This document shows positions 1 to 12,300 of a stretch of DNA of 64,000 nucleotides, in pieces. Every line of letters starts with the position of its first letter. Within the stretch, counting starts at the first letter, position 1. Source of the DNA: Histomonas meleagridis 2922-C6/04-290x (Eukaryota; Protista; Parabasalia); NCBI GenBank assembly GCA_020184695.1, contig JAANOX010000237.1, positions 124,001 to 188,000 of the forward strand, in the 5' to 3' direction. Position numbers and translations under genes: made by a program. Below the pieces are notes generated by a model. The model had not been told where the DNA came from. It made no database searches and saw only the letters and a list, made by a program, of their open reading frames with translations.

Positions 1-637
1 AAACTTTGGCTATTACGACCATTTAAAAATTCAAAATATTAATATTATATTTTTCTAATTTTATTTAAATATATTAAACCAACAATTTTTAATTACATAT
101 CTTATTGTTATATACAACACAGATTTTATATTTTTTTTGATTCTTAGCTCTTCATTTCAATTTTTTTATTCATATGATACGCATTCATTCTTCTCGTATT
201 GATTATTTCATTTTTTACTTCTTCTTTACTCATATGAAATAGCCTGTATAAAATATTAGTTCATCTTGTTCATTGTTTAGATTTCTTTTTGTTCATTGAT
301 TGAATGTATTTTGATTAATCAAAAGTTAATCATTCAAATGTTAATCATTTTGGTGTCACTTTAATATCCACATTGTAAAGACTCATGTTATTTCATCTCA
401 TTTATTCATTGTTTAAATCTTTTGAATTTTTTTAATTTTAACCAACACTTCTCGTCATTTAAGTAAAGCTTTACATTCGAATGTACAAACCAACATCCTC
501 AACAAAACAATCAATTATTCAAAAAGTTTAATCAACGATTATTATTCAATCAAAAAGCCGACACAAAAAACAACTTTTTGGTACCCCATTCCACTTTTTG
601 GACTTGACATTTTTACAAAAAGTGTGATGTGAAGTGA

Positions 638-2875
638 ATGTTTGCCAAAATTTTCATGTCGTTTGGGAAATTCGTCGCATATTTTGATTCTACAAGAGAT
701 AAATTGCCAGTCAAAGGAATAACAGTAGAATGCGAGCAAAGGGGATTCATTGTAGACCTTAAATATACTCAAGTTATACAAACAAAAAGAAATATTGATG
801 AACTCACTTATACATTTCCAACAGACAACAAAATTTGTGTATACAAAACGCATTTTGTTGTTGGTGATGAGGTCATAGAGATGAGACTTAAGCCAAAAGA
901 ACAAGCAGAAGAGATATATGAAGAAGCAAAAAATTCAGGAAAAACAGCAGCAATTAGTAAGCACATTGATTACGGATATGAATCATTCACAATTGGTCGC
1001 GTTCCAGCGAACACTGAAGTCAAAGCTATATTCAATTGTGCATTTGAAGCAAATCTTGAAGATCCAAAGACGATATTTGTTAAGTTCCCTCTTGAGCTTA
1101 TTTCGCCATCTGGTTCAGTAACCAATTTATATGGAAGAGGTGATAATGATTTTTCATTCAAATTTGAATTGAATACCAAACAAACAGTTGCCATCGAAAG
1201 TGTCACCACTAATGGAAATTCTACTTACGAGAAAATCGATGATTATAGTGGAAAACTTACCTTAAATCGGATACCAAATTCTGCAATATTTATCCGAACA
1301 AAACTCACAGATAACTTTGACAGTATTGCACTTAAAACACCCAAAGCCACAGCTATCAATTTTGCTCCATCATATCAATCAAAAGAATTACAAAATCAAG
1401 AATTTGTTTTTGTAATTGATTGTAGTGGTTCAATGTCTGGCTCACGAATCAGCAAAGCGAGGGAATGCCTTGAAATATTCATTCGTTCACTTCCAGTTCA
1501 ATGTATGTTCAACATTGTTCGATTTGGGTCAAGATTCGAAGAGCTATGGAAAGCGTCACAACCATATTCACAGAATTCATTTGATGAAGCAATTCGTTAT
1601 GTCAAAGAAATGCAGGCTGACCTCGGCGGCACCAACATTTTGCCAGCGTTAGAATCGGTTCTTAAAAACAAACCGAAGTCAATTCGTCAAATTTTCATAC
1701 TAACCGACGGCGAAGTGAACTATCCCAATCAAACATACGAACTCCTCGAAAAAAACAAAACAAATAATCGTTGCTTCACTATTGGCCTTGGTTCAGGAGC
1801 TGATGCAGGGTTTGTAGAACGAGTTGCTTCGATTACTAGTGGGAAATCAGATTTCGTATTAGAAGGAGATGACCTTTCAATGAAAGTTATTCCACAATTA
1901 AACATGTCAATGTGTTCTAGCCTAAGCAAAATTGAAGTTCATGTTGAAGGTTCACAATCATTCCAGATAACACCATTTCCAATTCCAATTGTTCCACAAG
2001 GTGGCTCAGAAACGATTTACATTGACACGGCTTCGGTTGACGATGGAATTCTAATCACTGGTAATAATGATGATGAAGATCTTGATTATGCAATTCCAAC
2101 ATCAGATACATGGGAAACTAATAGCGTTTATGCCCTCTTTGCTTACCAAATGATACGTCAAATGGAACTCTCCGGAAGATGTGACAAGTCCAAACTTCAA
2201 CAATTATCACTTGACAGCGGAGTAATTTGCACATTGACGGCCTACGTTGGCGTTTCTCAATATCAGGAAGAAGCATTCTACCAAAATGAATGTGCATATG
2301 TACATGCTGATTCGCTTTCATATTGTGCACCAATGGCTGAAGCTAAGTGTAAAGCGAAAGGTGGCTTCTTCAGCTCTTTGTTTGGAGGATTGTTTGGCTC
2401 TTCATCATCATCAAAATCTTACAAGAAATACTCAGCTCCTGAAATTAAAGTGGGTTGTCCTCTTCCACCTCCACCACCTCCATGTGGTGCACCACCACCA
2501 CGTTCAAGCGCTTCTCCGCGTTCACGCGCTTCTCCGCCTCCACCTCCACCTCCACCAGCGCCATCCGCAAGTCGTGGTTTCGACTTATCAAAGTTGCTGT
2601 CGCTACAGAACATGATGGGCTTCTGGGAGGACGCGAAAGAAGTTATCAAACTGACGAAGCTTAAGGAGGTACCAAAGGTTAACGAGGCTGATGGCGCAGA
2701 GAACCAGCAGCGTGTGATTGCAACTGTACTTGCATTGGCGTTGCTGCATCATGAGGCTATGGAAAAGAAGCCAGTTTGGCAAATGATAGAGACAAAGGCA
2801 CTCCGATGGCTGAGTGGTGTAAAATCGGACGTCAAATGGAATGAAGTTGTGGAAAGAATAGCAAAGGAGCTGTAA
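638..2875 (+). CDS. VIT + von Willebrand factor A domain protein (vWA5A-like) with Pro-rich linker
   Basis: 745-aa ORF. N-terminal VIT-like region, vWA MIDAS motif FVFVIDCSGSMSG, LGGTNI and ILTDGEV motifs, poly-Pro stretch near 2460-2565. True start may be the second Met (656). Confidence 0.9.
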   Translation: MFAKIFMSFGKFVAYFDSTRDKLPVKGITVECEQRGFIVDLKYTQVIQTKRNIDELTYTFPTDNKICVYKTHFVVGDEVIEMRLKPKEQAEEIYEEAKNSGKTAAISKHIDYGYESFTIGRVPANTEVKAIFNCAFEANLEDPKTIFVKFPLELISPSGSVTNLYGRGDNDFSFKFELNTKQTVAIESVTTNGNSTYEKIDDYSGKLTLNRIPNSAIFIRTKLTDNFDSIALKTPKATAINFAPSYQSKELQNQEFVFVIDCSGSMSGSRISKARECLEIFIRSLPVQCMFNIVRFGSRFEELWKASQPYSQNSFDEAIRYVKEMQADLGGTNILPALESVLKNKPKSIRQIFILTDGEVNYPNQTYELLEKNKTNNRCFTIGLGSGADAGFVERVASITSGKSDFVLEGDDLSMKVIPQLNMSMCSSLSKIEVHVEGSQSFQITPFPIPIVPQGGSETIYIDTASVDDGILITGNNDDEDLDYAIPTSDTWETNSVYALFAYQMIRQMELSGRCDKSKLQQLSLDSGVICTLTAYVGVSQYQEEAFYQNECAYVHADSLSYCAPMAEAKCKAKGGFFSSLFGGLFGSSSSSKSYKKYSAPEIKVGCPLPPPPPPCGAPPPRSSASPRSRASPPPPPPPPAPSASRGFDLSKLLSLQNMMGFWEDAKEVIKLTKLKEVPKVNEADGAENQQRVIATVLALALLHHEAMEKKPVWQMIETKALRWLSGVKSDVKWNEVVERIAKEL

Positions 2876-3186
2876 ATGATTAAACAGCTGAATTCTGATT
2901 AAAATTAATTAATTTGATGTGTGCACATCAAAGAATTCACAATGTGTGGTTGAATTTGATAATGATCTTTTAACTTAAAATGGTTATTAATATAACATAA
3001 TAATGTATAAAAGGAATAGAGAAATCAGGTGAAAAAATGTTTGCAATTGATTTGAAATTTTTCTTTTTAGTGCATTTTCAATTTTTTTATGATTTTACAT
3101 TTTCATGAAGAACGTTAATTTCAAAAACATTTTCTTCATTAAATGGATTTTTATCTCGCTAAATATGACTAAATATTTATAATTTT

Positions 3187-4842
3187 TTATTTAAATATGA
3201 TATACAAAACACCTAAAATCACCACAACAATAGCCATTTTTTTGAAATCGTTTTGTGAATGAAGAATTGAATCAAATGACAATTCAACTAATTTCTTTTT
3301 TTCATCTCCTTTATACGGAACTGGTTCAACATTTTCCATTACTTTCAAGTTTCTATAGCATTTGCTTTCTATTTCATAAGGAACATTTTCTTCATTTTCA
3401 TCTGGACAAACTAACATTGATATTCCTGGCTGAACCGGCACGAATTTTCTCTTACAAGTATCGACAACCTCTTCTTCAACATTTTTCTTGAGTGTTTTTT
3501 CTGGTAGGAAAACATCACTTTCAGAGGCATCACTGCTATCGTCAGATTTGATGTTAACGTCTTCCTGATCGTTTTCATTATCAATTTCAATCTCATCGCT
3601 TTCAATTGAAATTTCTCTTGTAATTTGAGAAGGTTTAGTCGCATCAACTTCTTTGGTTTGCGGTTGTTCGTTGGTTGATGGAAGTGATGGAACTGTTTGA
3701 AATGGCTTATCTTGTTTTGCAAGGGCAATTATCTCTTGGGAAGCTGCCATAAGCACATGAGAATGCTCTGATCTGACTTTCCATTTTTTACCAAATTCAA
3801 ATACATATGTAACTGAATCACCATCAAGAATCACATCAATAATGCTAGAAGTGAGTTCTTGATGGCGCGGTGCCGAATCAGTTGATTTAGTAATACATAT
3901 TATTGTGGGTGATATTTTTAGATACCGATTTGACGAAGGTTTCCATTTTCTTCCAATGATTTGAAAACGAACGCTATCAATGAAATAACAAATAGCGCCT
4001 TGGCTTGATGCGATTTTTATAAATTCAAGCTCTGCTTCTGTTATTGTAAATTTTGAATATTTATTTTTAAAAATTATAGCATTTGAATCAAAGTTTTCAT
4101 AAGATTTCATTAAGGACTGAGCCCATGGAGGGAGAGAGCCTAATAATCCTTGTTTAGTTATTGCATCTATATTATTTCCTTTGATAATAAATTGAAGAAC
4201 TGAAATTGCACATAATGTGTTATTAGCAAAAATACACATCTGCATTGTAATCGAATGCTTACATTGAAGATACAATTCATGGATTTTTTCCGGATCATTT
4301 AATCCTTGAAGATCACTAAGAGTAACACGACGAACAACATAAAGATCTTCATTAGTCCACTGTTGGTATGAAAGAGGAATTGACAATGCACATGAATGGA
4401 AATATGAAGGATCAGAAAAAAGACGATAACAAAACACATAACGTTGTGGATTATCAGTAAAATTTGATAAACTCTGTGCTGCTGATTCTTTAGTATTAAT
4501 TTCAGCTTGAACTGAAGTTCCGTCAGCAAAATGAACATTTGTTTTAACTTTATTCGGAGTAAGTTGAAGACGAATTTTTTTGCTACCTGGGAAATGAGTG
4601 AGAGCATCATTTTCGTTTATACTCACAATCCTTCCATCAACCCAATCTTGAGAAAAAAAATATTGATTATCTGCAAATTGAGGTAAGTTTTTTGCTATTA
4701 TTGGTCTCAATATCTTTCCGCTGACTGTTCCACTTAGCTTTAATTTTTCTCTTTTTGGTCCAGTTTCACTTGGATAGCGAATATAAACAGTTTTCATTTG
4801 GACATGTAAACGGTCACCAACTGACCCACCCCAAATATTCAA
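3187..4842 (-). CDS. Hypothetical protein, possibly FERM-like, with acidic linker and C-terminal transmembrane anchor
   Basis: 551-aa ORF. ELYLQCK helix followed by a PH-like beta-rich segment resembles FERM F2/F3 (weak). Hydrophobic C-terminus MAIVVVILGVLYIIFK. Confidence 0.55.
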   Translation of the reverse strand: MNIWGGSVGDRLHVQMKTVYIRYPSETGPKREKLKLSGTVSGKILRPIIAKNLPQFADNQYFFSQDWVDGRIVSINENDALTHFPGSKKIRLQLTPNKVKTNVHFADGTSVQAEINTKESAAQSLSNFTDNPQRYVFCYRLFSDPSYFHSCALSIPLSYQQWTNEDLYVVRRVTLSDLQGLNDPEKIHELYLQCKHSITMQMCIFANNTLCAISVLQFIIKGNNIDAITKQGLLGSLPPWAQSLMKSYENFDSNAIIFKNKYSKFTITEAELEFIKIASSQGAICYFIDSVRFQIIGRKWKPSSNRYLKISPTIICITKSTDSAPRHQELTSSIIDVILDGDSVTYVFEFGKKWKVRSEHSHVLMAASQEIIALAKQDKPFQTVPSLPSTNEQPQTKEVDATKPSQITREISIESDEIEIDNENDQEDVNIKSDDSSDASESDVFLPEKTLKKNVEEEVVDTCKRKFVPVQPGISMLVCPDENEENVPYEIESKCYRNLKVMENVEPVPYKGDEKKKLVELSFDSILHSQNDFKKMAIVVVILGVLYIIFK

Positions 4843-5128
4843 AGGCCGTAGTTAAATTCGACTTTTTGAACACGATTTCAATCAAAATCGATTAAAAGTA
4901 TTACAGCCTTTTTAGCATCAGCTTAAACAATAAATTAGGCTTGAAAAACATAATGTGCACCATTATACAATATGCTAAGAAGTAAAATTATTAAATAAAA
5001 CGAAACTAGTGTTGTTAATATGACTGAATTATTATTTTTGAATTTTTTAAATTTGCAAAAAATACGAATGATATTATTTATTTTGTTTATTTAACAAAAA
5101 ATATTTGAAGATCCAAGTTATTAATATT

Positions 5129-7906
5129 TTATATTTTATTTCTGCTTGATTTTCTTTTATTTGTATTATATTCCATGTGTGTACACAATTGCTGTTTAAA
5201 TGACAATTGTTCACTATTATGTGAAGACATTACAGCGTCACAGAACGCCATAATTAGTTCTTGTGTTTTTTGGTATTTTTGGAACTTTACTGACGCCAAC
5301 TGTATGATACAAGAGATAGGTCCGACAGCTGGTGTAATAATTTGCACCAATTTTTCTCTTAGTTGTTTGGAGTTTGATTTCCATAATGTCATTAACAAAC
5401 TCATATACTGTAATACGACAATCGGGTTATCACTATTTGCCAAATTTAAAAACAATTTTTGGATTTGTTCATATGAAAACAATTTCATTGAACTACCTAT
5501 AAAACATATTAAAGAATTCATTAATTCCCATGACATAAAGAATTCTTTATTTGGTGTAATATCTAACATTGAAATCATTTTATTTATGAAAGGTATATTT
5601 TCAATGATTAAAATATTACAACGTTCAACTTTTGTGAACGGTAATAAAGTAGTCAAAATCTGTAAATAGGGTGCCCCGGAGTTCGTTATTTTCAGCGTCA
5701 AATTTGCTAATTTATTTTGATAAACATGTGTTGAAAAATTTGAAATTAAATTTGGATCACATAAAATCAATGTAATGTATTTATATATGAAAGGGAAGCT
5801 CTTAAAATCCAATTGATCCACAAACGGTAATAATTGTGAACCACATAAACATAAATTATACTTCATCAAATATTCATTTAATATTTGGAATAACAAAGAA
5901 CAAAACATATCCATAAACTTGGTGAAAGAATTATCGATATATGGTTCAATTATTTCGAACACTGTTGAAATGATAAATGAGTTATTATTATATATAAAAC
6001 TTAATAAGAATTGTCTTCCGTATTTAAACTTTGATATTTTATTAGCCTTCTTTAAGAAGTCTTTTCCTAGCAACAACTTAATTATCATTTTCGATGGAAT
6101 CATTATTAACATTTGTATAATTTTATATTCTTCTGTTCGACATCTTAATTCGAATGATCTCCATAAATTATTTAAATGTTTTGGTAAATTATTATATATT
6201 TTAATAGTTAATTCATGTGCTTCTTTTCGTATTGATTCTATAAAAGTCATATCTTTAATATAATAATTTAAATCCAAAAGTATCGAATACAAATATAATT
6301 GTGATACATTAATACCAAATTCCGTTCTTGTTGATATTGGCTTCAATGATAAATTCGGGCGATAATACCAAAGCATTAATTTAACAAAACTATTTAAGTC
6401 ATTTAATGATCGATCTTTCCTTAAGTAAGAAAACAATTCATCATTAACATAAGAAGTTGATATAATTTGTGGCATTATCATCGAAAGACGTGTGTAATAT
6501 ATATTATTGTTTTTGATGATTTCAAGCGCGCTAAAGATTTTCGTTGGAAATAAATAACGATGTAAAAAATCCATAACTGACATATAACTCGTGTGCGATG
6601 TTTTGTATCTTTTCTTGGGCCTTAATGATGAGTTGTCTTCAATGTTTGTGACTTGTTTTGATTCGGTTTTAACATTACTTTTCGTGGCTAATGATAACAA
6701 TGGACTTTGAACATTAATACTGTTCGACATGACTTGTCGTTGATTAACTATCGGCGATTGTTTGTTGTTGATGGAAAACGATCGAATTCGTGTGTTTTGA
6801 TGTGAAATCGATTTAAACGATTCTGAGTCAAATGGAAGACTTAAGAAATGGAGAAATAATGACATACCCGAATACTTGTGATAGATAAATAGATCGAGAA
6901 TCTTTTGCGACATGTTCGCTTCCATTGGAATCGCGCCGTAAATTCTTAGTGGATAATTAATTAGAAGTGACCGAACATGATAACCATAATGTTTAAAGTC
7001 TAAAAGAAATTCAGATCGATTAGGTCCAACTGTTATACAGTTATCTGGCTCATATGTTTGTAAATGATTATTATTATTATTATTATTGGATAATTTGAGA
7101 CGTTTGAGCCGAGAAATTTGCTCTTCAGTACAGCTAAATGTGAGCCGTTTGGTCCATGAAAAGTCATGCGTTTGGGGCTTGGCATAACGTTGTGCTTGCA
7201 TTTTGTATATTGGAGATTTAGGTATGACGTCCATCTTGTATTCAAAAGATATTGGACGATTTGGAAGCTTAAGAAGAGTCCAACAAACATTTTTCCAGTT
7301 CCTATAAGCTTCTTCAAAATCTTGATATTTATCATAAAGAAATGGATATGGCTCTTGTGGGACAAGCTGAGATTGCCACTGAGAAGCTTTGACTAGTTGA
7401 TGTATAAAATTTAAATTTTCGCGATTTGGATATTGAATTGGAAATAAATCTTCATCATGAAAATCATAGCCGCTTAAAATAAGTTTTAGCATTACAACAT
7501 AATTCAATGATGTTGGTGACTCATTTTTAGGATTAAACCTTCTATATTGTTGAGAACCTATATTTACATGAAAAGGAGGTTGTGGAAGTCTTAGATCAGA
7601 AACAATTGTTGCTGCTGGAAATAGTCCTTTAAGCTGTTCTCTAATTTTATGTCTCCAGTGAAGACATTGTGTATGGAATTCAAGTTTTGAATTAGATTTT
7701 TCAGGAAGAGGGAAAAAATCCATTTGGGTATTCAATTCAGCTTGTTTTCCATTTTTTTCTTTTATAGGACGATAAAGCTTATCATAAATTCTTTTTTTAT
7801 TATCAAGAAAAACAGGTTCAGTATTTTTGTTTTTTATTTTGATTTGTGTTTGAGCTCTCCTCAGGTTACTAGATGGGCTTGGATTTTTATTCCAAGATGT
7901 TTTCAT
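5129..7906 (-). CDS. Hypothetical protein (925 aa, helical C-terminal half)
   Basis: Long uninterrupted ORF in AT-rich DNA; no family motif recognised. Confidence 0.75.
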   Translation of the reverse strand: MKTSWNKNPSPSSNLRRAQTQIKIKNKNTEPVFLDNKKRIYDKLYRPIKEKNGKQAELNTQMDFFPLPEKSNSKLEFHTQCLHWRHKIREQLKGLFPAATIVSDLRLPQPPFHVNIGSQQYRRFNPKNESPTSLNYVVMLKLILSGYDFHDEDLFPIQYPNRENLNFIHQLVKASQWQSQLVPQEPYPFLYDKYQDFEEAYRNWKNVCWTLLKLPNRPISFEYKMDVIPKSPIYKMQAQRYAKPQTHDFSWTKRLTFSCTEEQISRLKRLKLSNNNNNNNHLQTYEPDNCITVGPNRSEFLLDFKHYGYHVRSLLINYPLRIYGAIPMEANMSQKILDLFIYHKYSGMSLFLHFLSLPFDSESFKSISHQNTRIRSFSINNKQSPIVNQRQVMSNSINVQSPLLSLATKSNVKTESKQVTNIEDNSSLRPKKRYKTSHTSYMSVMDFLHRYLFPTKIFSALEIIKNNNIYYTRLSMIMPQIISTSYVNDELFSYLRKDRSLNDLNSFVKLMLWYYRPNLSLKPISTRTEFGINVSQLYLYSILLDLNYYIKDMTFIESIRKEAHELTIKIYNNLPKHLNNLWRSFELRCRTEEYKIIQMLIMIPSKMIIKLLLGKDFLKKANKISKFKYGRQFLLSFIYNNNSFIISTVFEIIEPYIDNSFTKFMDMFCSLLFQILNEYLMKYNLCLCGSQLLPFVDQLDFKSFPFIYKYITLILCDPNLISNFSTHVYQNKLANLTLKITNSGAPYLQILTTLLPFTKVERCNILIIENIPFINKMISMLDITPNKEFFMSWELMNSLICFIGSSMKLFSYEQIQKLFLNLANSDNPIVVLQYMSLLMTLWKSNSKQLREKLVQIITPAVGPISCIIQLASVKFQKYQKTQELIMAFCDAVMSSHNSEQLSFKQQLCTHMEYNTNKRKSSRNKI

Positions 7907-8539
7907 ATTATTTAGTTAAGAGTTGCAAATGCTATTTCTAATTGAACGCAGACGGTTTTGAAATACGTCGACTTTTGGATAATGTTATCAAAAATTTTAT
8001 TTCAAATTTACTTTTTTAACAGTGCGAAATTGTCTTAATAAAAAAACTGAATTGAAATGAAAAATTAAAATATTTCCATGGTTTTTAAGAATCTGGGAAA
8101 AAATGTCTCTACTAAAAGTACCTTGTTTATTTTCAATATGGTTTTACGTTCTATGACATAATATTACTCGTAGAGCCAAAAATGAACTAACATCGAATTC
8201 AATAAAATTTTACCCGAACGTTGTTTTATCACCTCAGAAAAAAACATGACAATGATACAAAAAACGTTTACACATCTTCCCAAATCACAAAAATAATATT
8301 AAATATCATTTTTTATGGTCATGTCATGCAAGATTTGTGTGAAATAGTCCTTCTAGTCTAGTTCATAAGAGGTGATTTATATAACAAAACTTAAAATTAT
8401 GTTATTGATCAATTGAAAAAAATGTATAGTACAACAATTGATATTAAAAAAATATTCGGGATTTTCTCAAATAAGAGGTTAATGTAATATATGTAACTTT
8501 TTTTAATTTATCTTACATTTTAATCAACAAAACTAATCT

Positions 8540-9229
8540 CTAAATTTGATTGATAAATTTTTCTTCTTTAAAATCATCTTGTGTGAATGGATCTTCGTCC
8601 ATATTAGTTGTTGAAACATTATGAAATGTGTTTTGATTTTCAATGTTACTTTGTTCATTGTTTTCTTTCTCTTGTTCTTCACTTAAATGTTTTTTATGTT
8701 TGATCTTGATTAAAACAATAACAAGTAATGATATAATAATAATTGCAACTGCAGCAGCACAAATAGAAATTGTAATTACATTTGTATTTTTATTTGTATG
8801 AAATTCATTTGAGGATAAAATTGTCAAGAAATAAGAATAAAAACTATAATATGTCGAATAACCAATGATTGTATAATCATAATAAATGAATACTGTTTCA
8901 ATATATGTATGTGATGAGTTAATATATGAAAATGTATATGAATTTGTTTGTATATTATATAATGATATTGTTTGTGTGATAGAATATCAATCTGTTAAAG
9001 TGCTCATAAATGTTAATGAAGAATTTATTACAAATGTTTTCATAAAAGTATATGTATTAGAAAATGTAAATGTCATTAATAATTGACTTTCATTAGTTAA
9101 TCCTTTAACAATATGCAATGGTCCAAATGTTGAATTTGCATATGTTAATGGAGCAATTACAGTATTCGTTGAAACATTAAAAAATGAATAAATTTCAATC
9201 GTTGGTGATATTTCACTATAAATATTTAA
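8540..9229 (-). pseudogene. 3' fragment of a type I surface protein (Ser/Thr/Tyr-rich stalk, TM helix, acidic tail)
   Basis: A 230-codon frame with one in-frame TGA (8987-8989) and no credible start. Stalk, TM (ISICAAAVAIIIISLLVIVLI) and tail resemble the C-terminus of the LRR protein at 40436. Confidence 0.65.
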
Positions 9230-9319
9230 TCACTTTTAACAACATAATTAAAAACATTTTTTAATCCTTTACATTGTTTGCAACAAGATACAAACGATTT
9301 ACAAAACAAATAATATATT

Positions 9320-12300
9320 TTATTCAAAACATTTAAATTGATAAATTCCATTTTCGACCTCAATAAACTCTATACCGATTTTTGCCTTTTCCAGGTAGTC
9401 CTCCATCAAAGCGTCTATTGTTATAGCGTTGTAATCTGCGTATTGTCTTAGTATCATCAATTTGTCAAAAGCATCTCCTTCCACTTTAATGTTTGCAATA
9501 TTGCTTACATCGACCACTGCGTTATCTCCTCCGACCATTATAATAGAAACATTAATTTCATTTGATTCCCATTTTGTCTCGATTATCCATCTTAACAAAT
9601 TCGCCATGTAATTCATTGCCACCACTGTTAGGAACTGTGGGCTATAATTTCCACTATTAAACCATATAAAAGTTTCTCTTGCACTTGTATGGAAAACATA
9701 AATTTCTTTATTTTCATTAGATTGTAAGTATATCTGATTTTCCACCTTTTGTATATCATTTTTCCAACCCTCCAAGTTAATTTCTTCTTGAGTAGGTGTA
9801 AAGAAGACGCTACTAAAAATGAAATAATTATTGAAGTATGAAACCGTCGTTTTGAATAGTTTACGCGGGAAAACTGTCGAACGTAAATTATTAATTTTTT
9901 TTTCTAAATTTTTAATTTTTTCTTTACATTCTTCAATTAATTCATCTTTAGTTAATATAACTAATTTTTGGTCGTTTGATATATCAATAATTTTTATATT
10001 ATCTTGATAATTTTCTAAGAATGATTGAATGTTTCTTCCGATTATATATTCAGGAGATCTCCAATGTGTTATAGACCATTGATGATTTACGTATAAAATT
10101 ATATTATTTTTAATAACAGCTGAAGGTAAACCAATTCTATCCAAATAGAAATGTGTATTAAAACCAGAATAAAGTGAAATATTACTTTTATCTAATAAAT
10201 ATCCAAAATATTTATTCGTTTTACCAAATAAATATTTCGAATATTGTTCTCGAATATTATTAATAAATAATATATCTCTTTGTAAACGCATGAAATATGA
10301 TATTATAAAAGCAAAAGCAATTTCTAAAAAGACTATAAACATATGATATATAAATAAATTAGTTATAGATTCATTTGATATTTCTGTTGCAAGTTGTTGA
10401 TAAGTGATTTCAATGTTATTATAATAATCGGGCATTATATAATCAATATAAAGAGAATTCATTTCGATAAGTGTTTTCCGATCTAAAAATATTAATTCAT
10501 CTTCTTGAAATTGTTTTAAGCCTCGATAAATAAATGAATAAAATTGTAAATTTGAAATTTCATGAAATAAAAATGAATTATTTATATTGTCTAAAAAGAA
10601 TTCTTTACAGACATCTAAGCGTTCATTAAGATAATTTATATCAAATATTTCATGCGTTTGTGAATAATATCGTAATGTTGATATGATTAAATATGTTGAT
10701 GAATATGTATGTATGAAAACAGTAACAAAATGACTTGAAATACCATCAACAAAATGTTGTGTATAATGTTCTGTTGCGATAATTACAGAAGGTATTAATA
10801 ATCCAAAAATAATTATCATTAATAAAATAATTATTATGAAATGACGGAAATATCCATATTTTGATTTATAACTTAAAGAAGTAATTAAATGATTTAAATC
10901 TTCATTAGTTTGTGATATATTTTTATGATTAGTTTTAGGGAATTCTTTAATGATTAAACTTAAATTTATATGAAAGAAGATATAAAACACAAAAAATAAA
11001 ATAAAACATACAAGAACTTGAAATAATGAATAACAATATCCATTAACTATACCTTCTTGTGTTGATTTGATAAAACTTAATGCACTATTATTAAATAATT
11101 CAAATGATTGTATAAATGCATGGCCAATATATTGAGAAATTAAATTTATTTGATTACTTTGTGGTATATCTGAATGATTATCATAACGAATTGGTAAATA
11201 TACAGTACGTAAAAATGTATAAAATATTTCATATATACAACTGATGTCTTTAAAGAATGGTACATTTTCTATCGGCTCATATATCCAACCAAAATAATGT
11301 TGAAATGATGGATATCTTATATATAATGTAAAAAGTTGTTCAATTAATTGATATGAATTTTCTTTAACAATCGAATCTTGTACTTCATTTGAATCATGAT
11401 AAGTTGAATTCTTAATACCATAATTTGGTACTAATATTAAATCATTAAATGAATCCGAAATATTTAAAAATGTTTTAGTGAAATCTAAAAAGTTTAATAT
11501 TAAGCTTTGTTTTGTTAATAAGATCGAAAATGAATAAAATATAAATATAATTAAAAATGCAACTTGTAAGAAATATAAGATACCAAATGTTATAATAATT
11601 TTCTTTTTATTCTTTTGAATAATTGATTTTGTAGTTTCATCTAAATTTAATTGTTTTTTCCTTTGTTTAATTTTTTGCTTTAAATCTTCATCAATATTTT
11701 CATTTAAAAATAAATGGAATTCTTCATTAGTATTATTACTACATGAAATTTTAGTCTTTAATTTAGGATATAAATCTAATATATAAAATATATGATAATT
11801 AACAAATAAAATTCTTCCTTTTTCAATGTCTTTAGCAATTTGATTATAATATTCATATGAATCTTCATCATCATGAATAATCAAAAAATATTTCGCATAT
11901 AATCGAATAGCACTTGAACTATTCGGTAAATAGAAATATATATATTTAACATTATCTGATATAGAATATGCTATAGTTGCAAGTCGTTTCATGATTTTAG
12001 TTGATTCTTTTATAGAATCTGGATTAATCATTGAGAAAAATGTTTTACTAATCTTTTGATATTCAATTAATATTGATTCGACATTATTTGCATATTTCTT
12101 AAAATTATTTGGAAATGATTGACGTACTAAACCATAACTTAAGATAACTGCTTGAAATTTAATATAATTTGTATAAATCGATGACTTTTGTGAATTAATC
12201 ATTGACATCATTTGACTAATTTTAGGACTTGAACAATTCGCTATAGATGCTAAGTGTAATATTGTCGATATTACCCATTTTGGTCGCTTATATATTAATA

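Noticed and set aside
542-904. Short ORFs overlapping real genes on the opposite strand or in other frames, here and throughout the ORF track
   Set aside because: No motifs, low-complexity composition, and fully explained by the overlapping genes.
7066-7088. (TTA)n microsatellite
   Set aside because: It encodes an ordinary poly-Asn run in the minus-strand ORF.
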